DNA of 64,000 nucleotides from an uncultured Acholeplasmataceae bacterium (lineage in GTDB: Bacteria > Bacillota_I > Bacilli_A > Acholeplasmatales > Acholeplasmataceae). The notes under the pieces were generated by a model, which was not told the DNA's origin, did no database searches, and was given only the letters and a program-made list of their open reading frames with translations. The position numbers and the translations under genes were made by a program. The stretch's first letter is position 1. Each line of letters opens with the position of its first letter. Shown piece after piece: positions 44,971 to 54,441 of the stretch. The stretch is taken from contig CAUTMP010000003.1 in assembly GCA_963539755.1 (NCBI GenBank), positions 9,058 through 73,057 of the forward strand, given 5' to 3'.

Positions 44971-47253
44971 TTAAGCAAAAATAGCTTGTTTGTTTTGGTT
45001 AAAGTAGTTTGTCTGAATTTGGTGAATAGAACTAAAGAAGAAGTCAATTTGTTTTCCAATAGTTTGGTTGGCCGAAGAAATATTGGCAAGTTTCATATAG
45101 TGTCTAAAAATAATTTCGGTAAACTGTGGAAAGTCTATAAAAGGGTTGCGGTTGCCTTGAATACGGGCAATTCTTTCGTTGCGGTTTTGTTCAAAGACAG
45201 TAACTGGGTCTTTAGTGTGGAATTTAATAAAGTTGCGAACATCGCCAATTTTAGCGCGTTTTTTTCCTTCAATTTCTGAATTATCATTATTTTTGAAGTA
45301 CGCATTTTTACCTGGTTTTTCAGTAGTAACTTTTAGCCAATCATATCGCACTAACATATAGGCAAGAATTCTGGAAACATCACCAATGTGAGCATCACCT
45401 GGGTAAAACCAAGTAGCGTTGCCATCGCCAGTGCCTGAACCATCTCTATAGTATGAGTTATTGCGTTTACTGTTTAAATTATTCGTCAAAACACGTAAAT
45501 TATGTAGATCAGAATCAATTCCTTTACTGCTATCTTGAGCATGATCTTGAGTTCCCATATAACTGTTTGGCCATACGTGCTCGCGATTCCAAGGTATACC
45601 TTTGTTTCCCCAGCTAGTTGAGTATTCTATACTGTCGTAAATTGACCAAGCCTTTCCGTTGTCCAGTTTATCAATTTCTCCAAGTTTTTTTGCGTACCTG
45701 TAGTTAACAATTTTAGTGTGTTTGCGCATAGTCAGTTCTCTAAGTTGATTTAGAAGTTCAGCAGGGTTTTCAGTGTTGAAGTTAATTCCTTGGTAATATT
45801 TTTTGGCGTTTTCTGAAAGAATAGCGGTGTTTGCTCGTCTAAAACCATCATGTTTTGCCTCAGGCTCAGTCGTTTTCTCATATTCAACTGTTAAGGTTAA
45901 GTTGCCTTTTACTTGAATTTCAAAAGTGTTATCAGCCTTAATTAAATTAGTTTTATTTTGACCGTTTATCAATAATGACTTAACTCGGTAGCCTGATTTT
46001 GCTTTAACTGCAAACTTAAGTAAAGCACCTTTTTCAGCTTTGTTGTTGTTTACGTTTCCACTTAGCAGGCTTAGTTCTGAGTTTTGGAAGTTAACATCAA
46101 AAGTCTCTGCATTTTTATACTCAACTTCTATGTTTGTTGCTTGGTTTACAGTAAGTTTAAATTTGTTGTTTTCAACTAAGTGAGTTCTGTCTTTGCCGTT
46201 AATAGTTAATTTCTTAAAAGTTTTGCCAGGCTGTTTTTTAATTTCAAACTCCAGCATTGCACCTTTTTTGGCCTTGTTGTCTGCATCAATTGTGCCTGCA
46301 GTTAAATTAAGGTGTGCGCTGTTGTAGTTAACTAAGTAATCTTCTGGTTCTGGGTTAGCACCATTGTTTTTATAAATTACCTCTAAAGTAGTTTTTTTGT
46401 TAACCTTGATTGTGAATTTATTCGCTTTTACTAAGTTAGTTTTGTCTTCTTCGTTAATTATTAGTCTTTCAAAAGTTTTATCAGGAATTTGTTTAATTTC
46501 AAACTCAAGTTCAGCACCTTTTTGTGCTTTGTTTTTAGCGTTTAGTTCACCTGATTTTAAAGTTAAATTAGCGCTGTCGTAGACAACTTCGTATTCAGTA
46601 TCTTCGGGGTCTGTGGAATTTTCTTTAAACTCAACTGAAACAGTGATGTTTTCAGTAATTGTATAACTTAACTTATTGTCAATTAAAGCATCAGTCCAGT
46701 CGCTTTCGTTGATTTTAAATGACGAAACTTCTTTACCTTTGGGTACAACAACTTCAAATTCAACTTCGGTATTTTGTCTAACTTGGTTTGGATTGATACC
46801 AGGTGTTGTAATTTTAACTTCTGCAGGTAGTGAGATAGTGTAGAAATCACCTTGAACTGGCAGAACCTTAAAACGAAGTTCATATTCAAATGAGTTTGTG
46901 TTGTCAAAAGTGATTTTTGCAACAATTGAAATAATTCGGTCTCTGCCATCATCTGGCTGCAAAACATTGACGCGGTTGCCAACGATTTGGAAATACTTTT
47001 CGTTTGTTTTGTCTTTTAGTTGGTAAATTACGGAAATTGATTTACCTTGATATTTACCTTCTTCTAAAATTGAGTTTTTAATTTTAAAAGGTTTAGTAAT
47101 TTTTAGACGGTCTTTGTCTGGTTTTGTAAATTCGTATTTAGTGTTTTCAATTAACACATCTTTTAAAGTTTCAATTTGAATTTTACAAGCGTATAGCGAA
47201 AATATAGAGATAATGGATATAAATAAGATAAAAATTTTTTTAAAAATACTCAT
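44971..47253 (-). CDS. surface nuclease lipoprotein 2: four beta-rich ~76-aa repeats plus a C-terminal Endonuclease I-type domain
   Basis: 760 aa. Signal plus lipobox SLYAC. WNREHVWPNS, LHNLRVLT..LNSKRNN, FYPGDAHIGDVSRI, NRNPFIDFPQF. RBS AAGAGG. Confidence 0.82.
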   Translation of the reverse strand: MSIFKKIFILFISIISIFSLYACKIQIETLKDVLIENTKYEFTKPDKDRLKITKPFKIKNSILEEGKYQGKSISVIYQLKDKTNEKYFQIVGNRVNVLQPDDGRDRIISIVAKITFDNTNSFEYELRFKVLPVQGDFYTISLPAEVKITTPGINPNQVRQNTEVEFEVVVPKGKEVSSFKINESDWTDALIDNKLSYTITENITVSVEFKENSTDPEDTEYEVVYDSANLTLKSGELNAKNKAQKGAELEFEIKQIPDKTFERLIINEEDKTNLVKANKFTIKVNKKTTLEVIYKNNGANPEPEDYLVNYNSAHLNLTAGTIDADNKAKKGAMLEFEIKKQPGKTFKKLTINGKDRTHLVENNKFKLTVNQATNIEVEYKNAETFDVNFQNSELSLLSGNVNNNKAEKGALLKFAVKAKSGYRVKSLLINGQNKTNLIKADNTFEIQVKGNLTLTVEYEKTTEPEAKHDGFRRANTAILSENAKKYYQGINFNTENPAELLNQLRELTMRKHTKIVNYRYAKKLGEIDKLDNGKAWSIYDSIEYSTSWGNKGIPWNREHVWPNSYMGTQDHAQDSSKGIDSDLHNLRVLTNNLNSKRNNSYYRDGSGTGDGNATWFYPGDAHIGDVSRILAYMLVRYDWLKVTTEKPGKNAYFKNNDNSEIEGKKRAKIGDVRNFIKFHTKDPVTVFEQNRNERIARIQGNRNPFIDFPQFTEIIFRHYMKLANISSANQTIGKQIDFFFSSIHQIQTNYFNQNKQAIFA
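45874..46848 (-). repeat. four tandem ~76-80-aa coding repeats (diverged, about 50% aa identity)
   Basis: Residues ~136-460. The recurring pattern is Y.V.Y....L.L..G......KA.KGA.LEFEIK..P.KTF..L.ING.D.T.LV..NKF...V...T..EV.YK. Confidence 0.8.
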
Positions 47254-47397
47254 TTGAAACCTCTTTTACTCATCAATAATTATATCATGTTTCGCCAAAA
47301 CTTTTTACAAAAATATGCAAGAAAACTAGGTTTTTAAATGCTATACTTTAAGTAGATATTTATTTTTTTAATCAAATTTAAAAGAAAGCAGGTATGT

Positions 47398-48822
47398 ATG
47401 AAAAGTGGATTGTTTTGTGATCTTTACGCGCTAACTATGGCAAATTCTTATTTTTTGGCCCATAAACACGAAGAAATTGTGTATTTTGATGTGTTTTTTA
47501 GAAATATGCCAGAAAACGGAGGATACGCTGTATTTTCAGGACTTGAAACTACGCTAAAGTTTTTAAAACAAGTTCGCTTTAAGGCAGACGAACTAAAATA
47601 CTTAAATAGTCTTGGAATTTTTGCACCAGAATTTTTGTCTTATTTAAAAAATTTTAAGTTCAAAGGCGAAGTCTACTCTTTTTTAGAAGGTAGTTTGGTT
47701 TTTGCAAAAGAACCAATTATGACAATAAAAGGCACCTTAGTTGAGTGTCAGTTAGTTGAAGCCTTTATTTTAAACTCAATTAACTTCGAAACTTTAATCG
47801 CAACCAAGGCTGCCAGAATTGTGAAAGCCGCAAAAGGACGCGCGGTTTTTGAGTTTGGTACCAGACGTGCGCATTCAAGCAGTGCTGCAGTTAAAGGAGC
47901 ACGTGCGGCTTACTTAGCCGGAGCACTTGCAACTTCTAATGTTTTGGCAGGTAAAGACAACAAAATTCCGGTAGTTGGTACTATGGCCCACTCCTATGTT
48001 CAAGCCTTTAGCGATGAATACACAGCATTTTTAACCTGGGCTAAACATAACCCTGGAAACATTAGTTTGCTCATTGATACTTACTCAACTTTAGGCTCCG
48101 GTCTTAAAAATGTCATTAAACTTCAAAAAGAAGTTTTAGACAACCAAGGACTAAAAGTGCAATCTGTTAGAATAGACAGTGGAGATATCGCTTATCTTTC
48201 TAAACAAATCAGAAAAGAACTAGATAGCGCTGGCATGAGATTTGTCAAAATTTGTGCAACTAACTCACTTGATGAATACATTATTACTGACTTACTTACC
48301 AATCAAGGTGCAAAGGTAGATTTGTTTGGAGTTGGCGAAAGACTGATTACTTCAAGTTCACAACCCGTGCTTGGAGCTGTCTATAAACTAGCTGCTACCG
48401 CGGAAAACGGAGTGGTAGTTCCTAAGATTAAAGTTTCTGCGACTGCAGAAAAAACTACCCTTCCTGGTGTAAAAGAAGTTTTTAGAATTTATAAAGATAA
48501 AAAAGCAATTGGTGATTTAATTGCCCAAAAAGGCGAAAATCTAGGACAAGAGACATCAGTATATGCACTGTCTGACCTACAGACTAAATTAAGTTTAAAG
48601 GATTGTAAGTTAATACCTGCGCGCGCACTGGTTTTTAAAAATGGTGAAATTTTAGTTAAAGACACACTTAGAAAAGCAAGAAAAAGACTAAGCATGCAAT
48701 TTAAAGAAGTCTGGCCAGAGGTTTTGAGACTAAGCAATCCTCATCCTTTTTATGTAGATATCACGGCGTCATTAAAAGGCCTGCAGACTGAACTTTTAAA
48801 TAAGGCAGGTCGTGATGCTTAA
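47398..48822 (+). CDS. pncB: nicotinate phosphoribosyltransferase
   Basis: 474 aa. LFCDLYALTMA..Y, FEFGTRRAHS and GTMAHSYVQAF motifs. Confidence 0.9.
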   Translation: MKSGLFCDLYALTMANSYFLAHKHEEIVYFDVFFRNMPENGGYAVFSGLETTLKFLKQVRFKADELKYLNSLGIFAPEFLSYLKNFKFKGEVYSFLEGSLVFAKEPIMTIKGTLVECQLVEAFILNSINFETLIATKAARIVKAAKGRAVFEFGTRRAHSSSAAVKGARAAYLAGALATSNVLAGKDNKIPVVGTMAHSYVQAFSDEYTAFLTWAKHNPGNISLLIDTYSTLGSGLKNVIKLQKEVLDNQGLKVQSVRIDSGDIAYLSKQIRKELDSAGMRFVKICATNSLDEYIITDLLTNQGAKVDLFGVGERLITSSSQPVLGAVYKLAATAENGVVVPKIKVSATAEKTTLPGVKEVFRIYKDKKAIGDLIAQKGENLGQETSVYALSDLQTKLSLKDCKLIPARALVFKNGEILVKDTLRKARKRLSMQFKEVWPEVLRLSNPHPFYVDITASLKGLQTELLNKAGRDA

Positions 48823-49327
48823 CATAGTGTTATTTGAACCACTAATTCCTGAAAATGTTGGAAATATTATGCGAACTTGTGTGGCTTTAAATGCCCATTT
48901 GCATATCATTTGCCCAACTGGGTTTGACATAAACGACGCAAGAATGCGAAGAGCTGCACTTGACTACCGTCAGTTTAGCCGTGTTACTTTTTACCTAGAT
49001 TACGGCAACTTCTTAAAACGAAATAATCCCGCGCAAATTTACTATCTTTCTCGCTACGCAAAGCAGTGCTACACTGACATTGGTTTTAAGCCAGATAAAC
49101 CAGTTTATTTGATGTTTGGTAAAGAAACCACTGGGATTGATAAAGAAATTTTAAAAAACAACTTAGATGCGTGTTTTAGAATTCCAATGTCTAGACATGT
49201 TCGCTCTTTAAATCTCGCAAATACCGTGGCGATAGTTGGCTACTTTTGGGCAGAAAAACTAAAATTTCCTGAAATGGAGAAATTAGAACCTGAATGCTTC
49301 AAAGGTAGTGATTTTTTAGAAAAATAA
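48815..49327 (+). CDS. trmL: tRNA (cytidine/uridine-2'-O)-methyltransferase, SpoU/TrmL type
   Basis: About 170 aa. IVLFEPLIPENVGNIMRTC ... LMFGKETTGI ... RIPM...VRSLNLANTVAI. The start is ATG 48815 (or GTG 48812), overlapping the pncB end. Confidence 0.85.
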   Translation: MLNIVLFEPLIPENVGNIMRTCVALNAHLHIICPTGFDINDARMRRAALDYRQFSRVTFYLDYGNFLKRNNPAQIYYLSRYAKQCYTDIGFKPDKPVYLMFGKETTGIDKEILKNNLDACFRIPMSRHVRSLNLANTVAIVGYFWAEKLKFPEMEKLEPECFKGSDFLEK

Positions 49328-49361
49328 AAAAAGCCTTGTTCCTAAAGAACAAGGCTTTTTA
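49326..49361. terminator. bidirectional terminator between trmL and the giant lipoprotein gene
   Basis: A-run, AAAGCCTTGTTC-CTAAA-GAACAAGGCTTT, T-run. Confidence 0.85.
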
Positions 49362-49381
49362 AAATAGCGATTAGTGAGTAT

Positions 49382-52300
49382 TTATTCAACGACAACAGTA
49401 AATGAAACTAAATATAGACTTCCTTTTCCATCTTTTTTAATTTCAATTTTATTGGTTTTTGGATTTAAAATAAATGTAAAATCAACATCACCGTCAGACT
49501 TATTAACTGCATTTGCTGAATTTTGTCCATTAACAGAAATATAAACGTTTTTACCGGCCATACATCCGTATTTTATGTTAAAAGATTTAACTTTATGAGT
49601 ACCAAAGTCAATTTCAAGAACACCAGCTTTATTATTTGTGCCTAGTTTGTTTCTGTCACCAGATTTAGTGAAATTTGTTTTTTTAGTGATGGTTGCGGTA
49701 ACACCATCAACATTATTTGATTTTAAGTTAGCACCATTAAACTCAAATGTTGCTGTTTTTTCTGGATTTACTTCACCTTCTTTTAAGTATTTATAAGTAA
49801 CTTCATATTCAAAGACTTCATCTTTCAAAATACCTTCTGAAACTGTGGCGGTAAACTTAACCTTGGTGTTGTCAAGACTTTGGTCGGTTTTAACTTTGCC
49901 GTCTCCGTCTAAAATGTCGGCAGGAGTATATGCCCAAGTTAATTTTTGGCCGTGTAGTTCTTGAGGTAATTTAACTTCATCTCTTGAACGAAGTTCGCTT
50001 ATTAAGTCAAAGAATGCTTTCAACTCAGATTTTACTCTGTCGCGTGTTTGGTTTTTCTCAAACTCAGCGTCAAGTGTAAGTCCGGCTTGGCTTAAGATAA
50101 ACATACCTCGTTTATCTCTAAAGTATCTGTAGACCGCGTCTTTGATGTGAACAGCCTTGCCATCTGCCAGTAAAGCCTTAGCTGCATCGTTTAATACAAC
50201 TAGTTCAATCTTTTTTCTACCGTCAATTTGAAGGTAATATTTTTCAGCTTTATTGTCCTTTTTAATTACTTGGCTGTTAATTGAAACCAAAGTACCAGTT
50301 TCTGTATTCCAAAGTGCGTTTAAGTCAGTAACTTGAGTTGCTGCAACTTGATCTATTGTTTCTGCGCCTGTGTATTTGCGAATATCTGACTTTTCATAGT
50401 ATACATAGTCTTTATCTTCAAAACCGTGAATTTCAATGTGTTGATAAGTAGTTTGTTTAAAGATGTCTTTCATAAAATCAAGAATAACGATATCGCCAAC
50501 TTTAGCGCCAAAGTCTTTCATTACAAATACAACTAAGTATTTACCAGTTTTATCAGTTACTGCTAGGTTAACAAACTCACCTTTTTTACCTTCATCACCT
50601 GTCTTCTCTTCAACGTCTGAAATTTGTGTGACTTTTGCAAGGAATGAACCTGCTTTGGTGTGTAAGTCTGCGAAGCCTAAATAACTTTCTTTTTGGCTAA
50701 TTGTTAAGTTGATGTCGTAGTCGATTTGGTTAGCACCGATTTTATTGTTTTCAATCTTGGTGTAAGGATCTGCGGTTCCACGTTTAGTTAAACTCCAGTG
50801 TTCAAATGAATAGCCTTCGCGTATATCTGAAGCAGGTTTTAACTCAAGACCATCAAAGTAGGTAAAGTTAACATAGTCTTCACCGTTTTCTTCTTTGACA
50901 TCACTTAAAGCAGATTTGGCTGAATTGTATGAAAATCTAGACATAGAAGCGCGGTCTAAGTAAGCCTTGTATTTAGTAATTTTAATGTTTGCAGTAATTA
51001 CTTTGTCGCCGACTGAACCTTTTTCAATTTTAGCGATATCCCAACCTTTAAAGGTATAGCCCTTGCCGTTTGCAAGTGCAGTGAAGGTGATTTCTTCAGT
51101 TTCTACAGTGTAGGTAGTTGGGTTGCTATTAGCAACTTGGCCAATTTTTGAGTCAATAACATACTCAATTTTAAAAGTTATTAACTCAAATTTGGCGTGT
51201 AGAGTAATTGCGGCTTTAGTATCGGTTAAGTCTTTTGCCTCTACTTTAGTAGTAAAGGTATCTTCTTTGTACCAACCAACAAAACGATAGCCTGGCATGT
51301 CTTTTGGAGTAAGCAGTTCATCGGTAATTTTGCTGTTGTGAATAAACTGTTTTTTCTCTTCTTGCTGACCATGTGCTTTGGTGTTGTATTTTAAAGTAAG
51401 TTCGTGTTTAAGCGGAGTTGCCTGTGGCTCTGCGTCTTTTTGTGCTTGAGAAAGCGCAGTGTTTACAGGAACTTTGTCCCATTTAGGTGAATCGCCTTCA
51501 AGTACTGATGATTTTAAGTAGAATGCAGGAACTTCAGGTAAAGTCATCATAGCAGCATTCTTAATGTTCGCTGCTTTAATCATGAATCTTGAGTAAATTA
51601 CGCCAGATCCGTCGCCTTCTGTGTATGAAAGTCTCTTAACATAATCTGCTTTGACAAATCCTTCTTCAAAAGTAATAGTCATTACTTTACTTGCGTAAGT
51701 TATCTTAATCTTTCTTAAATCAAAAGCGTCTGGAATATCTAGACCATCTAATACTGATTTACGGTCAGCAATAGCGGCTTCTAGTTCAGCGTCTTCTGTG
51801 AAAGTTAAGGTTACAGTATTTTGATTTACAACTTCAAGTTTTGCCGTAAAGTTAGATTCTTCAAATTCTGCTCTTAAAGTTAAGTCTTTAAACTTACCAT
51901 CGGTAGATTTGATTTCTTCATTAGTTTCTGTATCAATCCATCTTTTGAAGTGATGTTTTTCTTTAAATGCAGGTTTGAACTCTACTTTGTTTTCAACTGT
52001 ATAAGTTGAATTATTGTCAGGTGAGTTTTGCGCGTCTTCTAGTCCTTGATAAGTAATTGAGTAAGTGTGGACTGTTTTAACTTCAGAAATAGTGATGTCT
52101 TTTTCTGCGTTTTCAGGCATTTCAGACCATTTAAAGTCATAACCTGGTGTAGTACTTAGCGCAGGGTATTGGATTTTTTCACCATAAGCGTACTGTTTAG
52201 TTTCTTCAGGTCTGCCGTCTGTAAAGGTAAACTTAACAGTTGGTCTAAAGTCTTTTAGTTTAGCGTAAACTGTGATGTCGCCAACTGTGCCTTTTTCAAT

Positions 52301-54223
52301 TTTGGTAATTTGAGTTTGAAAGTCTGCTTCTTTATACCAACCTTCAAAGATTTTGCCAGGAGTATTTGGGAACGCCATTAAATCAAACTCATTGGTAGTG
52401 ATGTCAAACTCTTTAGTTTGAATTGTTGTGTCGCCTGACTTGTAGGTTAAGGTGTATTTAATTAAAGTTTCTTGTATTTCAAAGATTTTGCCATCATGAC
52501 TTTTTACAAACTTAGCGTTTTCGCCAAGTGCTTTTCCTGTGTCTTTAAATACCCACTGTTGTTCGTATCCAGGTTTTGCAGGAATAGTAGGAGGAGTAAC
52601 TGGTTGACCGGCGTGTCCTTCTACTTTGTGTTCAGTTGCACCAATAAAGAAACGATATGTAATTTTTTTGTGTTCTGTGTAGACAGGGGAAATTACTGTA
52701 GTTTCAGTAAAGTCATGTGGGAAGGTTTGTGACCACTTGGCTGTGTGGAATTCTTTTGCAGGAATTTTTGGAATTCTTGAATCTTTTGTGGTAAAGTGCG
52801 AGTTCCATTGTTTTAATTCTTTGTCTGTGCTGTTGAAGTTCTTTCTAACTTGCAGTTTAGCCAAGTCTGTTCCGTCTTCGTTTTTAAAAGTAACGTCTAG
52901 CACGGTGTATTCAACAATGTTTGGTACAAGTTCTGTGTCTTCAGTTAACTTGTTGATGTCAGCAGGTTCGTTAGTTGCTTTATTTAACCAACCTCTAAAG
53001 TCGTACTTAATGTTTTTCTCTTTAAATAAATCTTCATATTGAGATAATTCAAACTTACCAGGGAATGCTTCTAGTTTTCTTAGTTCTGTAGTGTTGTCTT
53101 TATCAAAGAAAGTTAAATTGATTTTTTTAGTTTGTACAGTGATTTCAGGGGTAAATACAGTGGCTTGGGTAAGAGAGTTGAATTGATCTTCTGGCAACCA
53201 TTTTAAAGTTTCGTTTTCTTTTAAGTCAAGCAATTTATTAAAGTCAACGTCTTTTAGTTGAACTGGTTTGCCGTCTTTTGAAGTACCACGATAAATTTCT
53301 TGGCCGTCTCTACCTTTAAAAACCACACGGTGTGTACCTTTGGTAGCAGTTTTTGCAACTAATTTAAGGTCGTGTGTGATATTTTTTAAATCATCTTCAT
53401 TAACTGGTTCTAACTTAGTACCTTTTTTGATTTGCCAGTATAAAAACTCACCACGTTCAGCGCTGTCGTATTTATCTTCTTTTGGCAATTGGCTAAGTTC
53501 AACGTTTGAACCACGCGCAACTTCAAGGGCAGGAATGTCTTCTTGAACTTGGCTTTTTGAGTTAGCAAAAGTAATTCTAACTTTTCTGCCTTGTACGTTT
53601 ACTTTAAACTCACGAGTTTTGCCTTCAATTTCAGCAGTTAAAGTAACCTCAGTAGTAGATTCTGGTGCTGTGTATTTAGCCTTGCCGTCTTCGATTTTCA
53701 AAACATCTGGGTGAGATGAAGTCCAGTTAACTGACTTACCTTCAATTTCTTTAGGTAATTCAAGGTCTGCTTCAACTGCTTTTGGTAGTTTTAGTTTTTT
53801 AAGTAGTTTTTCTGGAGTATCTGGTTCTGGTTGTGGTTGTGTACCTTTTTTGGCAACAGTGAAAGTAAATTCTTTTGAAACTGAACCTGCAGTTGCTTTT
53901 AAAGTAACTTCCACGTCTTCGTCTTGTTGTACTACTTCAATAGTGTAGCCGTCTTTAATTTTGGCTGCATTTTGACCTTTTGTAATTTCGTAAGTAACAT
54001 CAAAATTACCAATTTTACGGTCTAGCGCAAAGTTTTTATCAATTGTTCCACTTGGAACTGTCAATTGAGTTAAATCCGGGTCTGTTGGTTTTGGATCTGG
54101 ATTTGGTTTAGGTGTAGTTTTGCACGAAAACATGAGTACAAAAACACCTAGTGTTAAAGCAGTGATTGCAAATATTTTCAAGATTGTTGAAAACAATTTA
54201 TTTGCTTTAGTGCTTGTTTTCAT
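49382..54223 (-). CDS. giant surface lipoprotein (1613 aa) with Ig-like and Flg_new-like repeats
   Basis: Start moved to ATG 54223, 6 nt after AAAGGGG. Signal plus lipobox LMFSC followed by PKPNPDPKPTDP. LxLP...W.SS.P-type Ig-like modules lie at both ends. Many F.GWY modules are present (FEGWYKEADF, YRFVGWYKEDTF, YTFKGWD). The ORF-track TTG at 54256 has no RBS. Confidence 0.85.
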   Translation of the reverse strand: MKTSTKANKLFSTILKIFAITALTLGVFVLMFSCKTTPKPNPDPKPTDPDLTQLTVPSGTIDKNFALDRKIGNFDVTYEITKGQNAAKIKDGYTIEVVQQDEDVEVTLKATAGSVSKEFTFTVAKKGTQPQPEPDTPEKLLKKLKLPKAVEADLELPKEIEGKSVNWTSSHPDVLKIEDGKAKYTAPESTTEVTLTAEIEGKTREFKVNVQGRKVRITFANSKSQVQEDIPALEVARGSNVELSQLPKEDKYDSAERGEFLYWQIKKGTKLEPVNEDDLKNITHDLKLVAKTATKGTHRVVFKGRDGQEIYRGTSKDGKPVQLKDVDFNKLLDLKENETLKWLPEDQFNSLTQATVFTPEITVQTKKINLTFFDKDNTTELRKLEAFPGKFELSQYEDLFKEKNIKYDFRGWLNKATNEPADINKLTEDTELVPNIVEYTVLDVTFKNEDGTDLAKLQVRKNFNSTDKELKQWNSHFTTKDSRIPKIPAKEFHTAKWSQTFPHDFTETTVISPVYTEHKKITYRFFIGATEHKVEGHAGQPVTPPTIPAKPGYEQQWVFKDTGKALGENAKFVKSHDGKIFEIQETLIKYTLTYKSGDTTIQTKEFDITTNEFDLMAFPNTPGKIFEGWYKEADFQTQITKIEKGTVGDITVYAKLKDFRPTVKFTFTDGRPEETKQYAYGEKIQYPALSTTPGYDFKWSEMPENAEKDITISEVKTVHTYSITYQGLEDAQNSPDNNSTYTVENKVEFKPAFKEKHHFKRWIDTETNEEIKSTDGKFKDLTLRAEFEESNFTAKLEVVNQNTVTLTFTEDAELEAAIADRKSVLDGLDIPDAFDLRKIKITYASKVMTITFEEGFVKADYVKRLSYTEGDGSGVIYSRFMIKAANIKNAAMMTLPEVPAFYLKSSVLEGDSPKWDKVPVNTALSQAQKDAEPQATPLKHELTLKYNTKAHGQQEEKKQFIHNSKITDELLTPKDMPGYRFVGWYKEDTFTTKVEAKDLTDTKAAITLHAKFELITFKIEYVIDSKIGQVANSNPTTYTVETEEITFTALANGKGYTFKGWDIAKIEKGSVGDKVITANIKITKYKAYLDRASMSRFSYNSAKSALSDVKEENGEDYVNFTYFDGLELKPASDIREGYSFEHWSLTKRGTADPYTKIENNKIGANQIDYDINLTISQKESYLGFADLHTKAGSFLAKVTQISDVEEKTGDEGKKGEFVNLAVTDKTGKYLVVFVMKDFGAKVGDIVILDFMKDIFKQTTYQHIEIHGFEDKDYVYYEKSDIRKYTGAETIDQVAATQVTDLNALWNTETGTLVSINSQVIKKDNKAEKYYLQIDGRKKIELVVLNDAAKALLADGKAVHIKDAVYRYFRDKRGMFILSQAGLTLDAEFEKNQTRDRVKSELKAFFDLISELRSRDEVKLPQELHGQKLTWAYTPADILDGDGKVKTDQSLDNTKVKFTATVSEGILKDEVFEYEVTYKYLKEGEVNPEKTATFEFNGANLKSNNVDGVTATITKKTNFTKSGDRNKLGTNNKAGVLEIDFGTHKVKSFNIKYGCMAGKNVYISVNGQNSANAVNKSDGDVDFTFILNPKTNKIEIKKDGKGSLYLVSFTVVVE

Positions 54224-54267
54224 ATTTACCCCTTTTCTGGCCGATGTAGGCCTCAATTCATATACTT

Positions 54268-54305
54268 ATTATATTCTATATATAACGATTTTGTAAGCGT
54301 TTACA
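54268..54305 (-). promoter_or_regulatory. promoter of the giant lipoprotein gene with an overlapping cre-type operator
   Basis: The minus strand reads TGTAAACGCTTACA (54305-54292). Its last 5 nt plus A form the -35 TTACAA, followed by a 17-nt spacer and TATAAT (54273-54268). The architecture matches 19071-19108. Confidence 0.6.
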
Positions 54306-54387
54306 TAAAATTTTTTAAATATTTTTAAAAAACTTAAAAAATCGGTTTTTTCTGCAAAAATTCACACTAAAACCACAAAAAATAAAT

Positions 54388-54423
54388 AAACTGCAGTGTT
54401 TTTTCATGTAAACACAGCAGTTT
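54388..54423 (-). terminator. terminator of the FNT-rnhA operon
   Basis: AAACTGC(A)GTGTTT ... AAACAC(A)GCAGTTT hairpin with one central mismatch. The minus strand continues ATTTATTTTTT. Confidence 0.65.
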
Positions 54424-54441
54424 ATAACTTTTAATTTGAAA

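Noticed and set aside
44944-45279. 111-aa plus-strand ORF overlapping the terminator palindrome and the 3' end of the minus-strand nuclease gene.
   Set aside because: It is antisense to a well-supported gene, begins inside a terminator hairpin, and has no RBS or recognisable motif.
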